Below are positions 28,182 through 38,454 of a stretch of 64,000 nucleotides of DNA, piece by piece; within the stretch, counting starts at the first letter, position 1; the number at the start of each line of letters is the position of its first letter. The position numbers and the translations under genes were made by a program. The DNA is taken from IMG/VR virus record IMGVR_UViG_3300045988_047070; one strand, 5' to 3'. The DNA is from a virus. The notes below the pieces were generated by a model. That model was not told the origin of the DNA. It worked only from the letters and a program-made list of their open reading frames with translations, and did not search any database.

Positions 28182-30758
28182 CTATTTCTTTTTGGATCTA
28201 GCTGCTTCAGCATTTGTTTTGTTCTTAAGTGCTGTTTTAGCTTTAAGTTTTTCTCTTTCTAAAGCGGCTTTGTCTTTCTGATACTGTAATTTTTTTGCTT
28301 CTTCTAGTTTTTTCTTCTCCAAAGCAATTTTTTCTCTTTCAATTAGATTACGTAACTTTTCTGCTTGTTTTTGAGCTTCAATTTTTCTATTCTCTATCTC
28401 TTTTTTGTTTTCTTCTGCCCTAGCCTTATTAGCTAAGTCTAATTGTTTTGCTGTTGCGTCTGAAATTATTTTTTGTTGTTGTAAAGCATTTTGTGCAATT
28501 TCCTGTACATCAGGTATACCATTCATATCTTGATCCATATTTTCAGATCCTCTATATGCATTCAATTGAGCTACAGTAATCTTAGTAGCATTATCTTGAT
28601 CAATTTTATATTTTTCAAGATCAAGTTCAGCTTCTTTAAGCATAAGCTCTTGTTCTTTAACTTGATTCTGCATCTGTATTAATTGCTGTTGCTGTTCAGC
28701 TTCTTGCTGTTGCATTGCTTGCTGTTGTGATAATCTTTGTTGTTCAAGTTCTTGTAGTTTACTCTTGATTAATGATAGATTATCCATAGTATACATTTCG
28801 GCAGCATCTACTAAACTGGCACCATTCTGCATAGCAGGTTGAATTAATGCTCTAAGTTGTTCAATAGCCTGTACTTCTTTAGTACTATCAGTTACAAAGA
28901 TGTCGAAATCTTCATAAGGGAAATTATCAGCTAATGTTATGAATGCTCTAGTAGTATCATCAAATATGTAATTTAAATACTGTTTATCACTATCTTTCCA
29001 TGCAGCTTTAGCAGTATTTAATAACATAAGCAATGCTTGTCTTTTCACCTGATTATGCATCCAGAATAATGGTTCTGTAATATGAGCAGATTGAATAACT
29101 GAACGTTCTACATTACCTACCAATTCAGTACTAGATATTGCCCCTTGTCTTTGTGGTGTTACTCCAGATAACTCTGAAGCCATTGATTCAATCTTATCTA
29201 GTAATTGAATATATTGAGCAATAACATTACCCATAGTAAGATCCCAAGTGGTAAATCCATTAAAATTAGATGGTCTACCTCCTTCCCTGCCTGGAATATC
29301 CCATCCTTCATCATATGGGTTAATGAATGCTACTCCTAGTGCACTTAAATAATGCATCCATTTAGCAGTATCAATACCTAAACCTTTTGGTATCTGTGTA
29401 ACATCCATTACAGGAACTTTACCTTTATCCCTAGCCATTGCTAATTCCATTCTATAGAATGTCGTAATGTACAAATACTGTAGAGGCTTCATAATACTAA
29501 CTAAAGACTTAGGAGCACTATTAGTATTACTATAGACAATTCCTGTATATGGCAGTCGCTGAGAATTAAGATTTTTACTTGTAATGTATTGGTATTCAAT
29601 AGGTTGAATTCCAAAGTAAAGATCATCAGCATTATATCCTTCCCATACTTCAATGATCCAATCCCATTCAACATTGACTTCATTACCAGTAGTCTTGTAA
29701 TACTCATCTACTACAAACTCTTCCTCTTCTCCAGTTTCAGGGTTAACTATAGTAACAAAACCAATCTTTTTAAAAGATTTCCAACATACATGATATACTA
29801 CTACATCCTCTGCATCTCCATAAGGATTATGATCAGGATACTTACTGTAGATTTTCGTATCAATATGATTCCAATCATCTACCATGTTCTTATCACCTAA
29901 CCAATTCTTAGCTCCTTTACCATATTGACCAAATTTCTCTAGTAGTTGGTTAAGCTGTTTTTCATCAAGTTTATCATAAAACTCATCATATACCTGAGTA
30001 TATGGCATAAGCATTTTATAACAACACATTGAAGCTTCATGAATAAACTCAATTCCTTCAGCATCATCAAACCAAAAGTTCTTTGGATTAACTCTATTCA
30101 AACAAGGCTCCCCATTCCTGATGCCTACATATATTACTTCTTCACCAGCAATTAAACCGTCTTTCCAAGTTTTTACAAACTCGTGATCAATATTTAAAGA
30201 GTGTTTTAAATAGTTTAGGGTATGATAAGCAGTAACTTCTGCTACATCTTTATAATCCTTAGTAAGGTATTCCTGTATTTGCTCTGGGGTTTGTATTTCA
30301 CCAGAAGATAATGCTTCCTCATACCTAGCCTGTTCTTCAGGACCCATTTTAGCCATAATAGATGCTTGAACATAGTCAAGTAACATTTGTTTAGCTTTTT
30401 CCTGCATCTCACCTGCAGCTGCATCACTAGTCCTACATACCTTGAAATTAAATGGTCTTTTAGTTTCTTCACCAATTAATAAATCAATTTTAGGTCTAAT
30501 AATGTTATAGTCCTGAGCTACTGCTGGAAAACCATCATCTTGATTAAAAGGATTTGTAACATATTTTAAATCCTTCTCACTGTATACACTATTATATAAA
30601 TCATAGTATGTTTGCATCTCTTCATCAGTAGGTATTGAACTACCATTACTTAATTGAGATTGCCCTATGATATAGTCTACACATGTTTTTTTCCATTCTT
30701 CACTCTTTTGGCTAAAAGGTATTTTTTGTATAGGAAAGCTATTTACTGTGCGTTCCAT
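28182..30758 (-). CDS. portal protein candidate
   Basis: 858 aa, immediately downstream of the large terminase. Has a long K/E/Q-rich coiled-coil C-terminus. The call rests on position and size. Confidence 0.6.
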   Translation of the reverse strand: MERTVNSFPIQKIPFSQKSEEWKKTCVDYIIGQSQLSNGSSIPTDEEMQTYYDLYNSVYSEKDLKYVTNPFNQDDGFPAVAQDYNIIRPKIDLLIGEETKRPFNFKVCRTSDAAAGEMQEKAKQMLLDYVQASIMAKMGPEEQARYEEALSSGEIQTPEQIQEYLTKDYKDVAEVTAYHTLNYLKHSLNIDHEFVKTWKDGLIAGEEVIYVGIRNGEPCLNRVNPKNFWFDDAEGIEFIHEASMCCYKMLMPYTQVYDEFYDKLDEKQLNQLLEKFGQYGKGAKNWLGDKNMVDDWNHIDTKIYSKYPDHNPYGDAEDVVVYHVCWKSFKKIGFVTIVNPETGEEEEFVVDEYYKTTGNEVNVEWDWIIEVWEGYNADDLYFGIQPIEYQYITSKNLNSQRLPYTGIVYSNTNSAPKSLVSIMKPLQYLYITTFYRMELAMARDKGKVPVMDVTQIPKGLGIDTAKWMHYLSALGVAFINPYDEGWDIPGREGGRPSNFNGFTTWDLTMGNVIAQYIQLLDKIESMASELSGVTPQRQGAISSTELVGNVERSVIQSAHITEPLFWMHNQVKRQALLMLLNTAKAAWKDSDKQYLNYIFDDTTRAFITLADNFPYEDFDIFVTDSTKEVQAIEQLRALIQPAMQNGASLVDAAEMYTMDNLSLIKSKLQELEQQRLSQQQAMQQQEAEQQQQLIQMQNQVKEQELMLKEAELDLEKYKIDQDNATKITVAQLNAYRGSENMDQDMNGIPDVQEIAQNALQQQKIISDATAKQLDLANKARAEENKKEIENRKIEAQKQAEKLRNLIEREKIALEKKKLEEAKKLQYQKDKAALEREKLKAKTALKNKTNAEAARSKKK

Positions 30759-30761
30759 ATT

Positions 30762-32840
30762 TTAAAATGAAAATGTTAATATATTTGAATCAAATAATTT
30801 ATTTGTAGAATCAGAAGTATCCTGTTCAAACCATTTATCTGTAAATATTGGTGTATCAAACAATCTTTGCTTCTTCTCTATCTCTTGTTTTTGTTTTACT
30901 TGAGCTGTATATAATTGTTCCCTATATATCATTACTTGCATTAATGCCATTACACGGTCAAAATTACCCTTATCGTTGTATTGTATCAATTCCTCAAGTA
31001 ATGGTTCTGATAATATAGACTCAAGTCTCATATGACCAGATTCTACTTCTTCCTCTAGCCATTCTTTAATTTTACCTTCTCCCCAAAGTTTAATTTCCTT
31101 GTTCATATGACAGCCTTTCCTTCTGTTTACTTTGGAGTCTCTTACAATGTCTTTAATAATATCTGGTTGATCTGCTAATAAGTAGTCACAATGTTTATTG
31201 TTAAAATAAACAAATAAACCTGTATTTTGATTTTCACACATTAATCTTGCATTATAGTACACTAATAGTTTTCTTACATTTTCATAAAACTCTTCTGATG
31301 TTTTTGGTCTACCAGTATATTCAGCAACTATGATATCACTGTATGATTCAAAATTCTGTATACGTTTGTATATGAATACTGATCCTAGTGAGTTAGTGCC
31401 AGATTGATCGTGGTCATAAGGGTCACAACCTGCTATGTATAAACCTATAGGTGTTTCAGGACACGGGTGCTCCCATATTACTATAGATCCTTCAGGATTT
31501 GCTTCTTTTGGTAATGGAAATTGTGTAATATCACCTGTCTTTTTAATACTCCATTTTACAGTTCCACCATCCCAAGTAAGATCACCTATTTGTTTATGAT
31601 TTTGTAATTTCTTATTAGTTCTAATACGAGCTAATTGTTTTTGTAATTCCCTTTTAGGGAATATATTACCTGTTAACTCTGTAAATGCTTCTGCAGGAGT
31701 TTCAGCATGCTCAGCTACATATCTATCGATAGCTTGCATTGTTTTTGCATTCTTAAGCTCTTGCTCTCGTAATGATAATATGTATTTCCTTGATGCTTCA
31801 TGATTAGTATTACCATCATTATCCATGAACATACGATTTCCATTTTCATCTCTTGAATCTAGATTAGTATGTTGTGGAATAAAGAACCCACAGTATTTTC
31901 CACCAACTGCACAATCATCCCATATATTAGGGAAACCTAAGCAGTTATAAGATTCAGGATCATAAAAAGCTTCACGTAATGGAGCTACTGCATCACCTTG
32001 ATCACCACCAGTACCAAACATGATCATAAGTCCAAATGCTACACCATCGTGTTCTACTGATGGTCTTGCAATCTGCCATGCAGCTTTTAGTTCAGCAAAC
32101 GTACCTGCCTCTTCCCAAAGTATAAGTACACCTCTTTTACCACGTACTGCATCAGGATTATCTTTTAATGATACACCAATGATTTCAGATTTATAACCTG
32201 CTTCAGTTTTATTACCATAATCATCAGTAACCCACATAGATGCTCTACGTCTCATAGATGTATTTACTGCTTGACGCTTTTTACCCCATGCAGTATATTC
32301 ATCAATAAAATCCATATAATCCCAAGCCTTGGTAAGGATCCCATCGTCTGTAAGATATTGTTTATTTGATGCATATACATATGATTTTGATTCTGGTATA
32401 AGGAAGAAATTACGACAAAGCATAGCACCACCTTTATATGAATAACCCTTACGTCTAGCTTTTGCTACACATAAGTGTTTACCTTGTTCTTGTGCTTCCT
32501 CTATTGCTTGAAAGTAATAGTAATCATAATCATAGAAATCTGGGAATGTACGTTCACTAACAGATTTCCATTCTTTTAAACCAGTTTTCCTATTAGTTAC
32601 CTCCCTATATACTTGTCTTACTATAGGACAATAATTTAAATAAAAATAATGGTAGCCTGTGATAAAGTCACCATCTTCTGCAGTATAACCATATATACAT
32701 TTTTCTACTTCTTGATCCCAAAAGCTATAGTATTCAGTTGTGCCTTTAGGGTAAGCACAATAAGAGCCAGTACTGATAAAGTTTAATGCAGGCTGACGAA
32801 ATTTATCAGAGTTTTTGATCTTCTTATTAAAATCTATCAT
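30762..32840 (-). CDS. terL: terminase large subunit
   Basis: 692 aa. Has a Walker-A-like KARRKGYSYKGG, a Walker-B-like GVLILWEEAG and a C-terminal nuclease-like IAGCDPYDHD. Adjacent to the portal candidate. Confidence 0.8.
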   Translation of the reverse strand: MIDFNKKIKNSDKFRQPALNFISTGSYCAYPKGTTEYYSFWDQEVEKCIYGYTAEDGDFITGYHYFYLNYCPIVRQVYREVTNRKTGLKEWKSVSERTFPDFYDYDYYYFQAIEEAQEQGKHLCVAKARRKGYSYKGGAMLCRNFFLIPESKSYVYASNKQYLTDDGILTKAWDYMDFIDEYTAWGKKRQAVNTSMRRRASMWVTDDYGNKTEAGYKSEIIGVSLKDNPDAVRGKRGVLILWEEAGTFAELKAAWQIARPSVEHDGVAFGLMIMFGTGGDQGDAVAPLREAFYDPESYNCLGFPNIWDDCAVGGKYCGFFIPQHTNLDSRDENGNRMFMDNDGNTNHEASRKYILSLREQELKNAKTMQAIDRYVAEHAETPAEAFTELTGNIFPKRELQKQLARIRTNKKLQNHKQIGDLTWDGGTVKWSIKKTGDITQFPLPKEANPEGSIVIWEHPCPETPIGLYIAGCDPYDHDQSGTNSLGSVFIYKRIQNFESYSDIIVAEYTGRPKTSEEFYENVRKLLVYYNARLMCENQNTGLFVYFNNKHCDYLLADQPDIIKDIVRDSKVNRRKGCHMNKEIKLWGEGKIKEWLEEEVESGHMRLESILSEPLLEELIQYNDKGNFDRVMALMQVMIYREQLYTAQVKQKQEIEKKQRLFDTPIFTDKWFEQDTSDSTNKLFDSNILTFSF

Positions 32841-32940
32841 ACTTTAGGATTTTATATAATAATACCCCACACCTTTTGAGTATGGGGTAATTTTTAATTA
32901 TTGCTATTTTTGATTCTCTTATTGAAATCAATCATAATTG

Positions 32941-33201
32941 TTATCGATTAAACCACTGTTTGATCTTTAAACCTAGTCTCTTATACCAAGGTGCTTTAGT
33001 TGGTTTAAGATCCATAGATTTTGAATAAGCTTCTTTCTTTTCTCTATATGCAATTTCTTCAGCCAATTCGATTTCTTTTCTATCCTCATTCTCATGAGCT
33101 GGGCCAAAATCAATAATCAAATCGAACGGTTTCTCTTCAACTTTAACTAGTTTAGCCTTACTTGTTTTCTTTGTGCTAGTAGTTTTCTTTTCCTTAGTCA
33201 T
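32941..33201 (-). CDS. hypothetical small basic protein
   Basis: 86-aa ORF. A hairpin (32864-32889) lies between it and terL. Confidence 0.45.
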   Translation of the reverse strand: MTKEKKTTSTKKTSKAKLVKVEEKPFDLIIDFGPAHENEDRKEIELAEEIAYREKKEAYSKSMDLKPTKAPWYKRLGLKIKQWFNR

Positions 33202-33265
33202 AGTTCTTAATTTTTAACACTGCCTGTAACGGCAGCTAGTTTTATTTTGTTTCAAATTGTATTAC

Positions 33266-33811
33266 TTATCGTACAGCTTGTCTATTTGATAGCTCATATG
33301 GATTAACTTCTACTCCACCTCTAACTCTACTACTTGCCATCTCTTCAGATCTCACAGCAGTTTCTAATGCATCAAGAGATTTAATAGTGTTACCGAGTTT
33401 TTCCATACCTGCTAATATTAATTGGACTTTCTTATCATCTAATTCATCTTGTAAAGATTCTGCATAATATCTAGATACACTATCTAACTTAAGTCTTGCA
33501 TTCTTAAGTAGTCCTAATATTAGGGTTTCATTAAAGTTAATATATGCTTGTTCTGCTTCTAATACCTCTACTGGTAACTTATAATTAGCATCTCCAAATA
33601 GTTCTTTCCTGAGTCTAGGTCCTATCTCTTCAGGACTCATACTTTGGACATATGGACTATCGTATTTGTTCTTGAGTACGATATAACTTATTTGTTTAGT
33701 GGCTATTTCTTTATCTGCTTTATCAGCATCCCATAACTTTTTAAAGCATGGGATACCTAAAGCATCATTGTGAATAATTACTTTACCACCAAGTATGTCG
33801 AATAGTTTCAT
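33266..33811 (-). CDS. hypothetical protein (possible small terminase by position only)
   Basis: 181-aa helical ORF upstream of terL. Confidence 0.3.
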   Translation of the reverse strand: MKLFDILGGKVIIHNDALGIPCFKKLWDADKADKEIATKQISYIVLKNKYDSPYVQSMSPEEIGPRLRKELFGDANYKLPVEVLEAEQAYINFNETLILGLLKNARLKLDSVSRYYAESLQDELDDKKVQLILAGMEKLGNTIKSLDALETAVRSEEMASSRVRGGVEVNPYELSNRQAVR

Positions 33812-33820
33812 CAGTATTAA

Positions 33821-34156
33821 TTAACAATCGCTAGGAGCACATGCTTCACAACATTCATTATGTCTATTTTTCTCGTATTCGAGATTTCGCTTAAAGTTGT
33901 TATATAATTCTTCACTCTTTATAATAGCAATATCTCTATCATCATCACTTCTATTATAAGAAGCATACAGAACAAGAACAACATCCCCAGTTTTTACCTC
34001 ATACTCCTTACCGTTAAATTTAAGGATACCGTCTTCTTCAATTACCCAAGCCCAGTCGATGTTCAAATAATGATTACGAATAGAACTAACACTATTAAGA
34101 TCATTGTCTTTTACTACTAAAAGAGAGCTGTTACCAGCATAAATATATGTATTCAT
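33821..34156 (-). CDS. hypothetical protein
   Basis: 111-aa ORF ending CCEACAPSDC. Confidence 0.5.
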   Translation of the reverse strand: MNTYIYAGNSSLLVVKDNDLNSVSSIRNHYLNIDWAWVIEEDGILKFNGKEYEVKTGDVVLVLYASYNRSDDDRDIAIIKSEELYNNFKRNLEYEKNRHNECCEACAPSDC

Positions 34157-34157
34157 A

Positions 34158-34370
34158 TTAATCTAAATTTATTTTAATGTATCTATTTTTGTAATGTCTA
34201 TTCAATGCATCTACTGCTTCTTGTTGAGTATAAAATGCATTAACATACTCTGGGTTTTTACTGTACTGATTGATTATCTCCTTCAGTTGTTCCGCTTTCT
34301 CGTCCCTGTTCTGCATTCTCATTTTCTTCTTTTTTATCAGTTGAACCAAATCCACCACCACGATCTTCAC
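34158..34370 (-). CDS. hypothetical small protein (start uncertain)
   Basis: ORF overlaps the dUTPase 3' end. The internal ATG at 34322 (MRMQNRDE) looks more plausible as the start. Confidence 0.3.
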   Translation of the reverse strand: MKIVVVDLVQLIKKKKMRMQNRDEKAEQLKEIINQYSKNPEYVNAFYTQQEAVDALNRHYKNRYIKINLD

Positions 34371-34764
34371 CTGCTAATTCCTCTACAATTATCGGCTCCA
34401 TCTTCGGATAAGGCATTACTACTAACTGAGCAATCTTTTCACCAGGCTGATAAATTGTAGGAAGAGCATCTGTAGTAATCTTAAACTTGAGAAGAATCTC
34501 ACCTTTATAATCACAATCTATAACAGCTACAGCATTACACATTGACATAGACTTCTGAGAAACTGATGATCTCATAAAGATTAAACCAACATGACCTTCA
34601 GGAATCTCTACGGATAAACCTGTATGATATACTAATACTAACTTACCACTCTTATCAAATTCCTGAGTAAAGGAGATTGCTGTTAAGTCTAAACCAGCAT
34701 CGTTAGGGTTAGCATAACTAGGTAATACTGCGTCTTCTTGTAATTTCTTAAATTTTAATTCCAT
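34258..34764 (-). CDS. dut: dUTP diphosphatase
   Basis: All five dUTPase motifs are present: NDAGLDL, MRSS, AVIDCDYKGEI, GEKIAQLVV and DRGGGFGST. Confidence 0.9.
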   Translation of the reverse strand: MELKFKKLQEDAVLPSYANPNDAGLDLTAISFTQEFDKSGKLVLVYHTGLSVEIPEGHVGLIFMRSSVSQKSMSMCNAVAVIDCDYKGEILLKFKITTDALPTIYQPGEKIAQLVVMPYPKMEPIIVEELAGEDRGGGFGSTDKKEENENAEQGRESGTTEGDNQSVQ

Positions 34765-34765
34765 A

Positions 34766-34957
34766 TTATTTTCTTACTATATTGTGTCCTAATATTATTT
34801 CTGTTGCTTGTGCTGCTAAATTTGCAGCGTAATCTTCAAGGAATTGACTACGATTCGTGTCCTGTAGTATCTGTCTCAGATACAGCAGTATCACTTGTTG
34901 ATTCAGTAGTATCTTGTCTAGTTTTTCTTCCATGCTTTGCATAGTATAATAATGCAA
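34766..34957 (-). CDS. hypothetical small protein (uncertain)
   Basis: 63-aa ORF overlapping the 3' tail of 34848-35240 by 110 nt. Confidence 0.3.
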   Translation of the reverse strand: MHYYTMQSMEEKLDKILLNQQVILLYLRQILQDTNRSQFLEDYAANLAAQATEIILGHNIVRK

Positions 34958-35240
34958 TACTATTCCATGCTACTGCTGCTTCATGCCTTACTTTAGTTTC
35001 TGGATCAAATTCTTCATAAGTAGAAGCGTATAAGTGTCTTAATAATGCACCTTTATATCTTTCATAACCATTCTCTAGATTCTGCCAATTATTGTCACCA
35101 TACTTCTTAGCACCTTCTGTATATACTCTTGCAATGTCCTCAAGACAATCTAACGGTATTAATTCCCATCTAGTCTTATCGTCTAGTTTATCATTCTTCA
35201 TACCCGTCTGGTCTTGGCATTTCTTCGATTCGTATTGCAT
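34848..35240 (-). CDS. DUF5664-like (dATP/dGTP diphosphohydrolase N-terminal domain-like) protein
   Basis: RWELIPLDCLEDIARVYTEGAKKYGDNNWQN...YKGALLRHLYA...HEAAVAWNSIALLYY matches my memory of this phage family pattern. Confidence 0.5.
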   Translation of the reverse strand: MQYESKKCQDQTGMKNDKLDDKTRWELIPLDCLEDIARVYTEGAKKYGDNNWQNLENGYERYKGALLRHLYASTYEEFDPETKVRHEAAVAWNSIALLYYAKHGRKTRQDTTESTSDTAVSETDTTGHES

Positions 35241-35577
35241 CTATTTCAGTTTTATTTTCAATTATTGCTTTAACAATTCTATGGTAACCATCACATATTC
35301 TACCTAAATGATCGATTAGTATCGGATGATTTAAATCTGTATCTTGAATCCTTTTACTATGCCAAATTATGTCATCTAAGGTATTTATTTCCCAAGGTAA
35401 ATGCTCTAGATTTACTCCTGCTAACGGTAATTTGAATACAGGATAGTTCTTCTCTTTTACCCAAGAGACTAGATTTGAAGCTGCCCATATCTTCCCATCT
35501 GCTGTGTATCTATTCTCTGCTAAACCTTGTTTAGGATATGTCACTATTGGATTTTTTGGTTCTTTCTTTGCAAACAT
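35191..35577 (-). CDS. ParB/sulfiredoxin-like nuclease-domain protein
   Basis: 128 aa with PILIDHLGRICDGYHRIVKAI (DGxHR core). Confidence 0.5.
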   Translation of the reverse strand: MFAKKEPKNPIVTYPKQGLAENRYTADGKIWAASNLVSWVKEKNYPVFKLPLAGVNLEHLPWEINTLDDIIWHSKRIQDTDLNHPILIDHLGRICDGYHRIVKAIIENKTEIDAIRIEEMPRPDGYEE

Positions 35578-35761
35578 ATTTCTTTTTTAATTTAATCTTA
35601 AACAAATAACTAAACATAATTGGCTTAATATCTTTCTCATCTGAAATTGTATTTTGAGCAAATTTGAAAGGATGATTACAAATCACTTCTACTACTTGAT
35701 ACGGTATATTATATTTATGTGATAACTCTGTATAGATACTTGTTTTATTTTGCTGGACCAT
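35531..35761 (-). CDS. hypothetical protein
   Basis: 76-aa ORF in the co-directional array. Confidence 0.4.
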   Translation of the reverse strand: MVQQNKTSIYTELSHKYNIPYQVVEVICNHPFKFAQNTISDEKDIKPIMFSYLFKIKLKKKYVCKERTKKSNSDIS

Positions 35762-36152
35762 AAGTTACTTTATAGTACTTATTATTAATTATATTATCCA
35801 GAGTAATAGAAGACATATCGAATGTCTCGGGTCTAACGCTATTAACTATAATACATATCTTATCTAATTCTGATGTTACATTGTCAGATGAGGTATAAAA
35901 TATAGAATTTAAAAAAGCTGTTTCAACTTTAGAGTATTGTTTTCTAGGTTCTAATATTACTACTTCTTCTTCTGATTCCTTACTAAAAGGTTCTCCACTA
36001 ATACCATATAAAATAGTCTGTGTATCACGAATTAAGATTCCATTATTATATGGTAAATTCTTACCAATAAGTTTATACCACCATCTTTTTAATTTACCAT
36101 AACTCTTCCATAGCATTATGGAACCAGGTTTAATTACTAATTGTCTCATCAT
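35745..36152 (-). CDS. hypothetical protein
   Basis: 135-aa ORF. Confidence 0.5.
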   Translation of the reverse strand: MMRQLVIKPGSIMLWKSYGKLKRWWYKLIGKNLPYNNGILIRDTQTILYGISGEPFSKESEEEVVILEPRKQYSKVETAFLNSIFYTSSDNVTSELDKICIIVNSVRPETFDMSSITLDNIINNKYYKVTYGPAK

Positions 36153-36513
36153 TTATCCTAATTATAATTGTTACTTGAACTCTGTCTCCAATGATCTCTG
36201 GTATTAGAGCTTTATTGACACTTAATTCATCTTCGGCTGGACCTGCTACTAGAATACCTTTTTGTTTAAAGGACTTGATATATCTACTTAAATTATCCTT
36301 AGTAATACCTAAGGTATTTATGATATGTTTCCTATTAGCTCTATTGGCTATATTCTTATTCTCATTTGGTTGTTTATTATAGTTAAGATCAAGTCTAATG
36401 AACTCTGCCATTAGTTCTAGTTCTCTGTCCGTAAGCCGAAGAATGCCATTAAGTGAAATTAGAAACTCTGTAACAAGATCATTTTTGTTTACAGATTTTA
36501 CTAATTTATTCAT
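36130..36513 (-). CDS. putative HTH DNA-binding protein
   Basis: 127 aa. IINTLGITKDNLSRYIKSFKQKGIL looks like a helix-turn-helix or winged-helix segment. Confidence 0.4.
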   Translation of the reverse strand: MNKLVKSVNKNDLVTEFLISLNGILRLTDRELELMAEFIRLDLNYNKQPNENKNIANRANRKHIINTLGITKDNLSRYIKSFKQKGILVAGPAEDELSVNKALIPEIIGDRVQVTIIIRINDETISN

Positions 36514-36958
36514 TTGTCTTATCTACATCTAAGATTTGTTTAACCGCCTTAATGAACTTCAGTAAGTTATAGTTTACTGTTTCAGATTCAACTTTTACAC
36601 AAGGTTGAATTTTACCATTTTTATAATCTTCATTAACCTTCTGAATATTGTCTTGATACTTCTTAGTACAATCATCTAAGAAAGCTTCAAGTGCAATCAA
36701 TTTTAATTCTGCATTAGACGGGATATACTCTTCATCTGTATTAGTTTCATCTTCAATTTCTTCACCCCATTCTTTTAGGTTACCACCATTAAGAAGTTCT
36801 AATACATAATTTGCAGTAATCATCATGTAACGTGAGTTAGTGTACTTATCATTACTATTTGTACTCTCCATTACATACTCGATACCATCTTCTGTTTTAA
36901 AGATATCATCTCTCTTTGCACAACCAAAAGGCTTAACTACTTTATATTCTGTTCTCAT
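36506..36958 (-). CDS. hypothetical protein
   Basis: 150-aa ORF. Confidence 0.5.
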   Translation of the reverse strand: MRTEYKVVKPFGCAKRDDIFKTEDGIEYVMESTNSNDKYTNSRYMMITANYVLELLNGGNLKEWGEEIEDETNTDEEYIPSNAELKLIALEAFLDDCTKKYQDNIQKVNEDYKNGKIQPCVKVESETVNYNLLKFIKAVKQILDVDKTNE

Positions 36959-36966
36959 ATTCCTTA

Positions 36967-37317
36967 TTATTTTTTAATAATTACTAGTGCTAATTTAATC
37001 CATTTGTTTATGTCAAATTCTGGATCTGACTCTTGCACTACTCTGTCTCCAATTGCATATTGCTTAGGTTGGGTTACTAAACCCATAAAATTCATAGCTT
37101 CATTCTGTGTAAGAACTACCTCGGTAGCTCCTTCTTTTGAAGGACTGTTAAGATCCTCTGGAACGAATACTTTAACAGTACCATCTTGTTGAAATTGAAT
37201 AAACTCTGAATATTTACCTAAAAGATTATTTATCATTTGTTGAATCATGACTATATAACGAACCTTATTTAATTTTGTTGTATATTTTATGCAATAAAAA
37301 AGCCTATAGTTAATCAC
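36967..37317 (-). CDS. hypothetical protein (start uncertain)
   Basis: 116-aa ORF. The internal ATG at 37248 is an alternative start. Confidence 0.45.
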   Translation of the reverse strand: MINYRLFYCIKYTTKLNKVRYIVMIQQMINNLLGKYSEFIQFQQDGTVKVFVPEDLNSPSKEGATEVVLTQNEAMNFMGLVTQPKQYAIGDRVVQESDPEFDINKWIKLALVIIKK

Positions 37318-37350
37318 TATAGGCTTATATTAAAAATCCAACTAAATCTA

Positions 37351-37767
37351 CTAAGCATTGCTTTTCTTAATAAAAGCTACTACATTGTATGGATTCACTA
37401 ATTGGCTATCTTTAAACAAGTCAAAATAAGCAGCTGCTTTAGCAGGGAAAGCTATGGTATCACCTACTTCTGGATGATTATTTTTGTCTTGCCATTCATA
37501 ACCTGAAGGAATTGCTAGAACAATGCCTTTTCTAAATGTTGTTGGTACTTTCTTTACTTCAGTTTTAGTGTCATATTTATCAACACCATCTTTGTCTTTC
37601 TTACCTGTCGCAACAGGTTCAGTAATCTCTTTTTCTACGTATTCAACTGGTAACGGTTTGATCAGAATATCCCGAGTAAACTCGAACTTTAACGCTTTCT
37701 GAATATCATCGATGATCATCTTCTCATCTACTTGTACCGAACTATCATTATTTGTATTCTCTGCCAT
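37351..37767 (-). CDS. hypothetical protein, weakly GroES/co-chaperonin-like
   Basis: 138 aa. ILIKPLPVE...(long loop)...RKGIVLAIP...VGDTIAFP resembles the GroES/gp31 layout. The resemblance is weak. Confidence 0.3.
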   Translation of the reverse strand: MAENTNNDSSVQVDEKMIIDDIQKALKFEFTRDILIKPLPVEYVEKEITEPVATGKKDKDGVDKYDTKTEVKKVPTTFRKGIVLAIPSGYEWQDKNNHPEVGDTIAFPAKAAAYFDLFKDSQLVNPYNVVAFIKKSNA

Positions 37768-37817
37768 AAACTTAAATTTTTCTACTATAACGTTTATTAG
37801 TATTAAATGTTCTATTT

Positions 37818-38051
37818 TTATTTCCTTTCATGAAAAATAACGCCGCCTGTGCAGCATACTTTCTTTGCTATGGATGGACAAATTTCCATGTTATAGAAAC
37901 AGCAGCCATCACACCATCCCTGAGGCTGCTTTTCCATGTTATAAACTTTGCCATCAACTCTAATATACCCTTCTTCTAGGGCTTTATAAGCTTCTGGTTC
38001 TCCCATATTATTTGTAATAATATTTGTTATGTTCTTCAGCCTTTTGTTCAA
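37818..38051 (-). CDS. hypothetical Cys-rich small protein
   Basis: 77 aa with WCDGCCFYNMEICPSIAKKVCCTGG. Confidence 0.45.
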   Translation of the reverse strand: MNKRLKNITNIITNNMGEPEAYKALEEGYIRVDGKVYNMEKQPQGWCDGCCFYNMEICPSIAKKVCCTGGVIFHERK

Positions 38052-38220
38052 CAGTACGCTCCATGATTATTTCTTTAATCCAAATTAAAGCAGCCTCAAA
38101 TCCTGCTTTAAATGCCGATTCTTTTAACCCTTCCATCTCTTCGCACCATTGTTCAAATGCTTCACAAGATTCTTTGTCTTGATACCTTTCAATCTCGTCA
38201 ATTAAATATTGTCTAAACAT
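38008..38220 (-). CDS. hypothetical protein
   Basis: 70-aa ORF. Confidence 0.45.
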   Translation of the reverse strand: MFRQYLIDEIERYQDKESCEAFEQWCEEMEGLKESAFKAGFEAALIWIKEIIMERTVEQKAEEHNKYYYK

Positions 38221-38454
38221 ATTTGATCCCTTTCTTTTGATTAATAATTATACTGATCGTCGTCATCAGTAGGATCTAATGCATCTTCGAATTCATTAAA
38301 AAAGTAAAAGTCATCATCCATAATACTATTATTATGTATTTATATTTTATATCCAGAGTAGGAGTATATATTTTTATTATACTACTATATACTAACCTAC
38401 AAGTATGTGTAGTAACGTTACAGTATTCATTTTTGTTCTATTGTTTACTCTAGA

